IMG/VR virus record: IMGVR_UViG_3300033069_000955
Length of the DNA: 64,000 nucleotides
Origin: an uncultured virus (IMG/VR IMGVR_UViG_3300033069_000955)
Taxonomy: Duplodnaviria; Heunggongvirae; Uroviricota; Caudoviricetes
Reading direction: 5' to 3' (one strand)
Below, one piece after another: positions 8,031 through 16,428 of the stretch. Numbering within the stretch: position 1 is the first letter of the stretch; the number at the start of each line of letters is the position of its first letter. The notes below the pieces were generated by a model. The model searched no databases. It saw only the letters and a list, made by a program, of their open reading frames with translations, and was not told the DNA's origin. Both the position numbers and the translations under genes were made by a program.

Positions 8031-8672
8031 TCAGTTGTTAGAAGCATTAAGAAATGCTTGATGATAAAGAGACATGATATGGTTCCACCATCTAATGGTG
8101 ACGGTGCCAATAGGCTGTGGAGTAAAAGTCTTTTTCATAGCAGCAATCCAGTCAGGAACTGGAGGACCTTCATTAATCAATGAAGTTGCCTTGGCTTTGG
8201 AAAGACCTTTGAGAACAGGTTCTGGCAGAGGAACCATCTTCCACACAGGTGGAAGTTTGGGGGCTGGAAATTTGACGTGAATAGCTTTGGTGATAATTTC
8301 CCCATCAACTAATTCCTTGAAGAGGATAAGTTGAATGGGATCACCATCGCAGTCCCAGTCCATAGACCGTCCCTGTTTGTCATTAATGACACAGCGGTCG
8401 TTGATGTCTAGGGAGAATGTGTCAGGTTTGAGTTCAGCTGACAATGCAATTGTGGTGTGAAGGATTTCAATTCCTTCACCAGAGTACACAGTGGTACCAT
8501 TAGCATGGCGAGCTTGGGTAAGACCCAGCTCTCGAATACCAACGATTGCATCGTCAATACGTCCGGCAAGAAGATGCCGAACGACAGGATGTTGTAGAGG
8601 CTCACCACCAGAAGTGGGAGCAGGAATTGTAGGAAGGGTCAGCAGAGCTGTACCATATCGAACGTGTTGCAT
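8031..8672 (-). CDS. RNA polymerase beta'-like (DPBB-A) catalytic part
   Basis: CVINDKQGRSMDWDCDGDPIQL contains the DxDGD Mg-binding motif (D107/D109/D111); later IGTVT helix motif. Confidence 0.78.
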   Translation of the reverse strand: MQHVRYGTALLTLPTIPAPTSGGEPLQHPVVRHLLAGRIDDAIVGIRELGLTQARHANGTTVYSGEGIEILHTTIALSAELKPDTFSLDINDRCVINDKQGRSMDWDCDGDPIQLILFKELVDGEIITKAIHVKFPAPKLPPVWKMVPLPEPVLKGLSKAKATSLINEGPPVPDWIAAMKKTFTPQPIGTVTIRWWNHIMSLYHQAFLNASNN

Positions 8673-8751
8673 GTTACTAGTGAGACAACCCCTAGCATAG
8701 CTAGGGTAAGCACTTCCTTTGGAGTGCTAGGACATGGCAAGCGAATGCTTG

Positions 8752-9075
8752 CTAACGATCAATGAACTCAGGTGGAACTGAGTTCTGAGTGAGTTGTACA
8801 AGGAACAGTTGTTCCTCAGTGAGAGAATCGTAAACGATGAAGGCTTCGTGACCAAGATCATGGAGAGTATCATTGATGGAATCAAGATGCTTGTTGAACT
8901 TGGCATAAAGTTCAGGGCTTATAAAGCCCTTCTCATGCAGAGTGTGAAAATGGGTACGCATTTTGAGCGTATAACCAGTGATATCGGCAGACGTACCGAC
9001 TGCCTCCTCAAAAGTTTTGATATTGACTTCAAAATCTTTGAGGTGACTGGTAAGAGTAGGGTGAGTTTTCTTCAT
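8752..9075 (-). CDS. hypothetical protein
   Basis: Start trimmed to MKKTHP, which overlaps the upstream stop as ATGA. Confidence 0.65.
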   Translation of the reverse strand: MKKTHPTLTSHLKDFEVNIKTFEEAVGTSADITGYTLKMRTHFHTLHEKGFISPELYAKFNKHLDSINDTLHDLGHEAFIVYDSLTEEQLFLVQLTQNSVPPEFIDR

Positions 9076-9653
9076 TTGAGATATTGTCTCCATAGCTTCC
9101 AGAAGTTGGCGACAGGTTTGCCTTGTTGGTGAGCATAGCCTACAGTATGACCAGTACCAGAAGGTAGGCCATTGTGTAGTGCAACCATATTGGTGCATCG
9201 GTCAACAAGACGGTTGTCGCGTATAAAGAGCATTTGACGGAAATCAAGAAGGCCAGCTTCGCCTGAAGGAAACACTGTAATCACTTCTGTGGCATTAGCA
9301 CACAGTTGGTGATAGTGTTCCTGGGCAGCTTTAGGCCAGATGTTGGGTTGTTCCGGGTAGGGTACAACAGCAACAGTCTTGAATCCTAGCTCTTGAGCAA
9401 CTTGCATGTAAGCTTGATCAGCACCCAGAGCCATGCCTGAGATACAGACAGGATCTGGGTATTTGTTGAGTATCATGGGGAACATAGTTGACCGCATGAA
9501 CTCAAGGAGTTTGGTATTGCAGTAGGCATAGTCCACATAACCATGGTTGGGTACTGAAAGTAACCCCCGTGGTCGGTGTCCAGTGATGCCAATGCGATAC
9601 ACATTAGGGAAGTCCTCTGGGAAGAGAGATTCAGTGCTGTTAGAGGAGATCAT
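9072..9653 (-). CDS. SLOG-superfamily protein (YspA/DUF1273-like)
   Basis: ITGHRP, SGMALGAD, RDNRLVD and GTGHTV motifs. Confidence 0.85.
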   Translation of the reverse strand: MISSNSTESLFPEDFPNVYRIGITGHRPRGLLSVPNHGYVDYAYCNTKLLEFMRSTMFPMILNKYPDPVCISGMALGADQAYMQVAQELGFKTVAVVPYPEQPNIWPKAAQEHYHQLCANATEVITVFPSGEAGLLDFRQMLFIRDNRLVDRCTNMVALHNGLPSGTGHTVGYAHQQGKPVANFWKLWRQYLK

Positions 9654-9897
9654 TATCTCCTCCTTGTTTGACTTTAAGCTCTTTGAGGAGCTTAAGGTTC
9701 CGTCTCCACAAGGTGTGGAAGAATGGAACCAAGATAACGAAGGAGAGGAATGGCAAGGAGGTCATGAAATAACCCCTTGCAGATGAGTAGTCCCCTGTCA
9801 TGAGACAGAGTACAGTGAAGAAGTTGATTGCCAAGAATGGCATGAGTGAGATGAGGAACATCATAGGTGTGAGACTCCAGGTGAGACTAGGCTGCAC
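9640..9897 (-). CDS. small membrane protein
   Basis: Two hydrophobic segments; overlaps both neighbours in operon fashion. Confidence 0.55.
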   Translation of the reverse strand: MQPSLTWSLTPMMFLISLMPFLAINFFTVLCLMTGDYSSARGYFMTSLPFLSFVILVPFFHTLWRRNLKLLKELKVKQGGDNDLL

Positions 9898-10222
9898 CTA
9901 AGTAGGATTTAGCCCAGCAGATGGCAGCATCCCTTCCAGGGATTGGTAGTTTGCCAGGTCGTAGGTAGCCTACTTCCCCTTGGAACATCCCGATGGGTTG
10001 CCAAGAGTCAGTACGACGTACACGTTCAAGGACTACTTGCTCATCGCCGTATTTAACGGTGATAGTGCCGTAGTCAGTGTTAACTACCTGAAGGGTAGGT
10101 TTGGGTTTTCTACCAGTAACAGCATCCTCCAATTCAGTGAACTGAGATTGGCGATATGCTTCGGTGAAAATACGAGAGATGAGGACACCAAGGTGCCCCA
10201 TGAATTGACCAAAGTTGTACAT
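9887..10222 (-). CDS. hypothetical protein
   Basis: 111-aa ORF in the minus-strand run. Confidence 0.65.
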   Translation of the reverse strand: MYNFGQFMGHLGVLISRIFTEAYRQSQFTELEDAVTGRKPKPTLQVVNTDYGTITVKYGDEQVVLERVRRTDSWQPIGMFQGEVGYLRPGKLPIPGRDAAICWAKSYLGAA

Positions 10223-10420
10223 GAGTGAGAGTGGGGCTAAGTGGAACCTAGCCCCAAGTAAAGGTACCTCCGTGACCTAGAGAGAGTGGTTGTAGAAGCA
10301 TTTGTAATGCACAACCTGGAAGGATGAGAAATAGTGAAAAGCTATGGGTCTGAAATATACCCATAGTTGATTTTTTTCACTATGTTGTTGAAGACTAATC
10401 CAAAGAATTGGAAGAGTACT

Positions 10421-10807
10421 TCATAGATGCCAGTATCCCTTTGTCTTTGTAGAAGAAGACTTAAGGACACGGTGAGCATCAAGCCGTTTGCGGATGTCAC
10501 CTTTAGGTTTGGGAATGGGAAGTGGATAAGGTAGACCCTTGACATAGATTGGTTTGTCATTACGACGAACCATGAGAATGTCAGAAGGAAGGTTATCAGC
10601 AACTTCAATATATGTAGTGCTGACCATACTACCCCATAGGTTGGTAGTTCGAAGTGTTGAAGACTCCATCCAATACTTGGGGATGTCGAGGTAATCAACA
10701 CGAGAGACGTAGGTAGCATAGGTGAGAGTATCACCAGGACGGAGATCAGAGTATTTCATAGTTTTGTGAGAGAGTTTGGAATAGGTAGCCCAGTAGATAC
10801 GGGGCAT
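10421..10807 (-). CDS. hypothetical protein
   Basis: 128-aa ORF; start may be MKYSDL. Confidence 0.5.
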   Translation of the reverse strand: MPRIYWATYSKLSHKTMKYSDLRPGDTLTYATYVSRVDYLDIPKYWMESSTLRTTNLWGSMVSTTYIEVADNLPSDILMVRRNDKPIYVKGLPYPLPIPKPKGDIRKRLDAHRVLKSSSTKTKGYWHL

Positions 10808-11782
10808 AGATGAAAGGAGAAAGAGAAGAGAGAGAATAGAATAGAGTGTGTAGAGGGAAACAAGACATGAAGTCTATATTTCCAGTAGGGAGAAAGAAAG
10901 CTAACTTAGTGAAGTTACCAACTCACATACGTGGTTAGTTCTTTCTCGTGCAACCTAAAGGTTGCACATAGGTAGAGTTTGTACTTGTATTCTGGAAGAG
11001 ATCATTGTTTTTATCCCCCCCATGGGAGGAGTAATTGATCTATGGGTAAACCAGAAGACTAGTACAGAGAGAGCAAAAAGCCTAGTTGATGAGTCAAACT
11101 AGGTGAAAAAGGTACTTTTTCAAGTGTTGTAACAATTAACACCCCCCGGATTGGGGGCTATTAAGGGTTACATGAGAGAGACTTAACATAGACCCCTAGG
11201 CTCAAATAAATTATTTTAGACAGAGGGATTTTTTAGTGAAGTCTCAGAATGGGAAAGGTCTAGAAAACCAGAGGTTTTCGACCATGAGTAACAATTAACA
11301 TCTCCTGAAGGAGCAGTAATTGACTCACCCATAGGTGAAGTAAAGAAACTCCCTGTATAGAATAAGAGAGTAAAGAAAGCAAGTGTGCTGTTCTTTATGT
11401 GGGCCACTTCGTGGCCCCGAGCCACCCCCTTCGGGGGAACCTTGGTGAACAAGGTGGCTCCTGGCAGATCTAGATCTGCCATTTGTCCAGTAGATGGACG
11501 ACGAGTCCGATCAGTAAAGCCGGAACGACGACGAAGATTAGGAACAGCAGGATTAGTTGCATAAATACCCATGATTGATTTTAGACTAAGGGAGAGTCTA
11601 ATGGTAGGTCCAAGACTCCCCTCTCCCCCAACCTACCGCAGGTCTCCGACGAGCGAAGCGAGTAGCTTCAGCTTGTAGGTCATACCATCCATCCTCCCCT
11701 TTACGGAGAGGTATGCCACATATCGGTCGGACGAGAAAAAATTTTACCTACTACCCAGTTAGTACCAGGTAGTAGGATTTTG

Positions 11783-12040
11783 TTAGCGGATCGAATTCCG
11801 GAAGATAGCCAGGTTTTGGACAGCCGTATCGTAACTCAGTTGAGCACGAGTAACTGCGTCCTTGGCTTCATCCAGAGTGAGCTTGGTTTCGTTGACCCTT
11901 GCTTGGAGTTTCTCCATGCGGTCGAGAGCCATTGCTGTTTGGCTTGGTTGAGACTTGATCTCCTGTTGCTTGATAGCAAGTGTGGAGATGATGTGGGAAG
12001 GAGCACGTAGTGCTGAGCCGAAGAATGCGGGAACTTTCAT
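11783..12040 (-). CDS. small coiled-coil protein
   Basis: Heptad-like C-terminal half; followed by a hairpin. Confidence 0.65.
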   Translation of the reverse strand: MKVPAFFGSALRAPSHIISTLAIKQQEIKSQPSQTAMALDRMEKLQARVNETKLTLDEAKDAVTRAQLSYDTAVQNLAIFRNSIR

Positions 12041-12101
12041 GAGTGTTTACCGAGACAAGAGTAGTAGACCCCTCCGAAGAGGAGTCCGATGGCGATGAGA
12101 G

Positions 12102-12308
12102 CTACGCCGAGCATTGCTGTGCGTATTCCTCAGAGAGACAGTTGGGACACAACGTTTCGTTGTACCGAGACCAGTGAATGGGTTGATTACACCCCGTACA
12201 GGTGCGACCTTCACTGCATCTGATTTTGTTGACTTCTGCCAACGTGTACCCAGCCTTTAAAAGGTTGGATGTAGTTGGAGATGCTTGGTCATAGAGCCAG
12301 GACATCAT
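12102..12308 (-). CDS. small Zn-finger-like protein
   Basis: CTGC...CPNC. Confidence 0.6.
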   Translation of the reverse strand: MMSWLYDQASPTTSNLLKAGYTLAEVNKIRCSEGRTCTGCNQPIHWSRYNETLCPNCLSEEYAQQCSA

Positions 12309-12439
12309 GCTGTGCAGACTCCTGTGTTGTGGTTGTGAAGTCTGTCCTTGCGGATAGGCTTGTGATTACGAGCGGTCGTTTCACCACGGTAGTAGCGGCG
12401 AGCATTACGAGACTTGGTTTTGTTACGAGCGAATTTCAT
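12305..12439 (-). CDS. small basic protein (44 aa, not in ORF track)
   Basis: MKFARNKTKSRNARRYYRG...; stop overlaps the next start as ATGA. Confidence 0.5.
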   Translation of the reverse strand: MKFARNKTKSRNARRYYRGETTARNHKPIRKDRLHNHNTGVCTA

Positions 12440-12467
12440 AGTAGTTACCTATGTGTGTGACGAGAGA

Positions 12468-12698
12468 CTAGAGAGCGAGTTTGGTAGCATCAGCACCAGC
12501 TAATAATGCTTTGCCTTTGTACTCCACCTCAGCAGGGACAGATCCTTTGAATGACGAGCGGATGTCCTTGAGTGCTTGTGTGTAGCCTTCTGTGTAGGCA
12601 GTCTTTTCGTATACCTGATACTGAAGTTTCAATATAGTCCAAGAGCCGACCATGATGACACATGCTGTGATGATGAGAACGATAGGTGAGATTTTCAT
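12468..12698 (-). CDS. small protein with N-terminal membrane anchor
   Basis: Start trimmed to MKISPIVLII (AAGG upstream). Confidence 0.55.
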   Translation of the reverse strand: MKISPIVLIITACVIMVGSWTILKLQYQVYEKTAYTEGYTQALKDIRSSFKGSVPAEVEYKGKALLAGADATKLAL

Positions 12699-12785
12699 GT
12701 TAACCTTTCGAATGCTTGATGCATCCATAACTCTCCGTAAATTCTGAAGAATGTAATATGAATGGCGATCACCACAAATCCTGGA

Positions 12786-12970
12786 AAAAGGGGTGGGGGT
12801 CTTAAATAGTAGGTACCCCCCATTCATATACATATATGAGTTTGTAATGATTTTATCTTTGATGAGCTAACAGTGAAGTTTTAATGGTTATTATTTGTCT
12901 AGGACCTAAGACCTACTATTCACAAGTAAGAAGGAGCATAGTTAAACCTTTATATAAAAGGGGTGGGGGT
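12786..12970. repeat. 15-bp direct repeat AAAAGGGGTGGGGGT at the strand switch
   Basis: Exact copies at 12786-12800 and 12956-12970. Confidence 0.8.
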
Positions 12971-13144
12971 ATAATTTCCAGTTTCCCTTTTACTCTATTT
13001 CTGCTGTACATAGAAAAAATATAAAACCAAAATCTGGAAGATGAAACTTTTTAGGTTAAGGACCATAAATAAAAGTAGAATAGTATATTTCCAGTATTGA
13101 AGACAAACCTCATGTGTATAGGTTTCCCAGGAAAGGGTAGTTCT

Positions 13145-13555
13145 ATGGAAAAAAAGAAAGATGATATCAAACCCTATATTACTTACTTTAGTAAGCAGTA
13201 TCAGGTATGGGATGCAATCTCTAACAGTAAAATGAAATCATTTGACACACTGTTAGAAGCTGAGCAAGAAATTGCTATGCTCCTAGATAACCCTATTCCA
13301 GCAGTATCTATTGGAGCTGAAATTGAGGTACATGAACCTCCTAAGGCTATTTCCAATAAGGGTAAGAAGATCAATAGAAACCCCCAGGTATATAAGGCTA
13401 TTGTAGTATGTGTACATGGTGATTGTGTAGATGCTTTAGTCTATGGGAATCCTCCTTTTGATTGTACTCTGTATACTAATTTGCTTCCAATCTGGAAAGC
13501 AAATGATGTCAGTTTGGGTTGGAAAACCCAAACTGCACAAAATCATTCAAAATGA
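13145..13555 (+). CDS. hypothetical protein
   Basis: First plus-strand ORF; start trimmed to MEKKK. Confidence 0.6.
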   Translation: MEKKKDDIKPYITYFSKQYQVWDAISNSKMKSFDTLLEAEQEIAMLLDNPIPAVSIGAEIEVHEPPKAISNKGKKINRNPQVYKAIVVCVHGDCVDALVYGNPPFDCTLYTNLLPIWKANDVSLGWKTQTAQNHSK

Positions 13556-13648
13556 TTTTGATGTAACACTTGGATGGAAACGAAGTTCACCTTCTACATG
13601 AAGGTGAAGGGGTTTACTGTACGATTCTGTTGTTACACTATATAAGGA

Positions 13649-14293
13649 ATGAAAAAGAATTTCTTAAAAAAACTTTTTAGTAACAAAAGAGACCATGTAG
13701 CATTTACTCCTAGATCTAGTGGAATGTGTTTTAATGACCCCTATATAAAGCTTGAAGATTTAAACAAACTATTTCCACTAATTAGAATTCCTGGGTGGGT
13801 TTCAATAAATTTTCCTTTTGATGATCTACACCTTAAATTAAGTTTAGCAAACATTACTAATAAACCATCTTGCAAAGAACCGACAGAGACCCAAGAAACT
13901 GTGTTATCTTTAATTTCACATAGAAAGGCAAGAGTGAATGAGATAACAATGGTGAGAAGGTCTGGTAAGTCAACGATTGCTGGATACTTAGCCAATCAGT
14001 TCTTACTGCCCATATTAGTTTTGAGTCCTAATCAAAGTATGGGAAAGACAACACAAAGAAATTTACAGAAATTTTTTGGAAAGCAAACACATTTAGATTT
14101 TTTATCTATTAATGATAGAAAACTAGAGTTTATAACTGCAATTAAGGATCCTTATGCATACGTCATTTGTGACGAACTCTCAGAGAAAGATTATATAAAA
14201 GCAAGAGAAATTTTTAAATCTATTCATACTGATGTAATTTGGATCCATACCCCAAGCAACTTAAATAACATATTGGAAGAAAATGTGGGTTAA
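13649..14293 (+). CDS. P-loop NTPase-fold protein (terminase/helicase ATPase-like)
   Basis: Walker A RRSGKST, VLSPNQSM, Walker B YVICDE. Confidence 0.65.
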   Translation: MKKNFLKKLFSNKRDHVAFTPRSSGMCFNDPYIKLEDLNKLFPLIRIPGWVSINFPFDDLHLKLSLANITNKPSCKEPTETQETVLSLISHRKARVNEITMVRRSGKSTIAGYLANQFLLPILVLSPNQSMGKTTQRNLQKFFGKQTHLDFLSINDRKLEFITAIKDPYAYVICDELSEKDYIKAREIFKSIHTDVIWIHTPSNLNNILEENVG

Positions 14294-14385
14294 ACATAAC
14301 GATGCCTACGGACAACTATACTAAGGAACACACTGTACCCCATACAGGTTTAAACCTAGAACAACACTACGGAAATAAATAAAGA

Positions 14386-15150
14386 ATGATAATCTCAACA
14401 ACGGAAAACGTAAGTACTTACCTACAATTGGAGCATGAACCTATTAAGCAGTTGGATTTTTTACAGGGGATTGTTTTAAATCCTCATGAACCTATCCTAA
14501 GCTTTCTTAAGACTGATCAATTTGATTTGTATACTGTGTATAAAGACTCTAAGATACATGGTTTGAAATATAAATTATGGGTAGTAATTAATCACGGTAA
14601 AGATGTATATGAAGTATTCCATTACCCTGTATTAAGAATGAAGGAGTTTAAGCTAACAGGACATGTCAATTCCTCCAGTATTGAAGAAACTATTAGTTTC
14701 CACGGGGGCGAAGAATTTGAGAGATTCTTTGGACTAGATAACTGCCCAGCAGCAATTAAAGCTAACGTAGAGAGAGCTTACAGCAATAGATTTCCAGTCA
14801 ATTCTAACCCAGAGGGGTTAACTGGATTAATGGACCAAGAACTTGAATATCCAGTAGAAGAGTATAACTGGGATTTACATGAAGACTTAGAAGGAACACC
14901 AGAAGATGCTGTATATATTAAGACAGAGGAAGATCTCGTTACTTTTACCTCTATGATGATGGATTTCTTCTCTGAGCCTGGGCATGGTTACGTTACTTTC
15001 TGTATTGAAGATGCAGATAATATTACTGACTTTGATTTAACTGGAGGAGAGGAAGGATTGGTGGATGATCTTAGTTACATTTATGATAGATTTTACACTA
15101 AGACTGACGATACAGTTATGTGGTTTAGATTGTGTGAGGATGAGGAATAA
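14386..15150 (+). CDS. hypothetical acidic protein
   Basis: 254-aa ORF. Confidence 0.7.
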   Translation: MIISTTENVSTYLQLEHEPIKQLDFLQGIVLNPHEPILSFLKTDQFDLYTVYKDSKIHGLKYKLWVVINHGKDVYEVFHYPVLRMKEFKLTGHVNSSSIEETISFHGGEEFERFFGLDNCPAAIKANVERAYSNRFPVNSNPEGLTGLMDQELEYPVEEYNWDLHEDLEGTPEDAVYIKTEEDLVTFTSMMMDFFSEPGHGYVTFCIEDADNITDFDLTGGEEGLVDDLSYIYDRFYTKTDDTVMWFRLCEDEE

Positions 15151-15156
15151 AATAAA

Positions 15157-15435
15157 ATGGCAAATAATGGATTAAAATCAACGCTTAAACCTTTCAAGGA
15201 ACTCTTGGGAGAAGAAGTTAATAACTCTAAGGCTCTGGTGTTTCTGAGTATTTTAACTAATCATGGTGAAGCACAAGTAAAATTGGCTTCTGGTGTTATT
15301 CACTCAATACATTTGGGTGACAGTGGATACGTGGACGAGTCTCATATTATTTATACTGATCGAGAAGGTGGATACCAAGCCATTTTCTGGGATCAAGTTG
15401 AAGCTTTAGACTTCCATATGGGATATAAAGAGTAA
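15157..15435 (+). CDS. hypothetical protein
   Basis: 92-aa ORF directly after the previous stop. Confidence 0.65.
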   Translation: MANNGLKSTLKPFKELLGEEVNNSKALVFLSILTNHGEAQVKLASGVIHSIHLGDSGYVDESHIIYTDREGGYQAIFWDQVEALDFHMGYKE

Positions 15436-15470
15436 AATTTAATAAATTTTTCCCCTCTATATAAAATTGT

Positions 15471-15499
15471 TGAAACTTTTTAGACACTAAATGCGTCTA
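15471..15499 (+). promoter_or_regulatory. ECF-sigma-type promoter candidate
   Basis: TGAAAC-N17-CGTCTA, matching the AAC/CGT ECF consensus. Confidence 0.45.
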
Positions 15500-15504
15500 G
15501 TATA

Positions 15505-16144
15505 GTGATTAGTAAATTGAAAACTTAATAGATCGTTTGGTATAGTACGAATAAATCAATTTAGTTCTACTCTGAGTAACTCTTATTTGAGTGGGGAGAA
15601 AAATTAATAGAGTTAGTAGAACATACCGCACACATGGGAGGGGGCTTCTTCCTTTAGTTGCTAAGCCACGGGCCGCCCGACGCGACCCGCCCTCCCTGTG
15701 TATATCAGTTTTCCCTGCGAAGTCGGAGGTTTACGTTTAGTACGTAGATTTTTCATTTATTAGTTTTTGATATTTTCTTGATAAATGGGTAGATTAGTGG
15801 GGAAGAATAACCCGGTAGACGGCGGTGTCCTTAGCGACACAATCTGCTACTTTCGCTGTAGGAACCAGAAAAGGTTCTTATTTTAAGTTTAGTTTCGGAG
15901 TGGCCTGTATACAGGCGAGTGGCCCTAATACAATTCCTGAAAATAGGGTGGGTTGGCTTCCCAAATGTGGAATTGAGTCGAATTAACGACAACTCTGAAA
16001 TTAATAAGCTGGTCTGCCATGTGTAGAAGCAGCACGGACTCCGTTGATAACGTGGTCCCCGAAATTACCTAGGAGGCCTAGCCATGATGTTGCGAAGCTG
16101 AATTTAAATGTAAAGAAGTAGACTAGCCATCTGCTTCTTTTTTT
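15505..16144 (+). ncRNA. candidate large structured ncRNA
   Basis: ORF-free, locally GC-rich, many nested stems, bounded by a promoter candidate and a terminator. Confidence 0.55.
16112..16144 (+). terminator. intrinsic terminator
   Basis: AAAGAAGTAGA/TCTGCTTCTTT hairpin followed by a T run. Confidence 0.7.
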
Positions 16145-16193
16145 ATTATTCTTTTATTATTTTTTCCTCTATTCTTAATGAGAGGCTTAGTCT

Positions 16194-16391
16194 ATGAATA
16201 AACCATCTTATCCCTACTTCGAATTGATGGCTTTATTGTTTGCATCTATTTTATTTTTTCAGTATGATATTATTTTAGCTATCAAACTTTTAACAGGAGC
16301 CATTTTATTCTTTTTGATAGTTAGACATTATCGACACATGAAAATCCATCCAACCCCCACTAGAAACTCACAACATAAAAAGTATTCTTAA
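16194..16391 (+). CDS. small membrane protein
   Basis: 65 aa hydrophobic ORF with GAGG upstream. Confidence 0.45.
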   Translation: MNKPSYPYFELMALLFASILFFQYDIILAIKLLTGAILFFLIVRHYRHMKIHPTPTRNSQHKKYS

Positions 16392-16428
16392 TTTTTCCTC
16401 TATTATAGGATAGGAGACACCTATCATT

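Larger units (their letters stand above)
2770..11582 (-). promoter_or_regulatory. dispersed 15-nt motif AAATCAAYYWYGGGT, candidate phage-RNAP early promoter
   Basis: Copies at 3454-3468, 5849-5863, 5964-5978, 10359-10373, 11567-11581; variants at 2770-2784, 3211-3225, 3988-4002; all minus strand and intergenic. Confidence 0.5.

Noticed and set aside
8016..8033. Simple UGA read-through fusing the two RNAP ORFs
   Set aside because: An in-frame TAG follows four codons later and the downstream ORF is in a different frame
3746..9786. Plus-strand ORFs over the left arm (e.g. 5062..5793, 4486..4899, 6478..6795)
   Set aside because: Antisense shadows of codon-biased minus-strand genes; no motifs or RBS
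11216..11572. 118-aa ORF in the palindrome-rich tract
   Set aside because: Atypical composition, runs through several GC hairpins, and its start lies within the repeated motif
15505..16144. tmRNA or RNase P RNA identity for the large structured region
   Set aside because: No tRNA-like ends with T arm and CCA, and no GAGGAAAGUCC-type P4 signature seen
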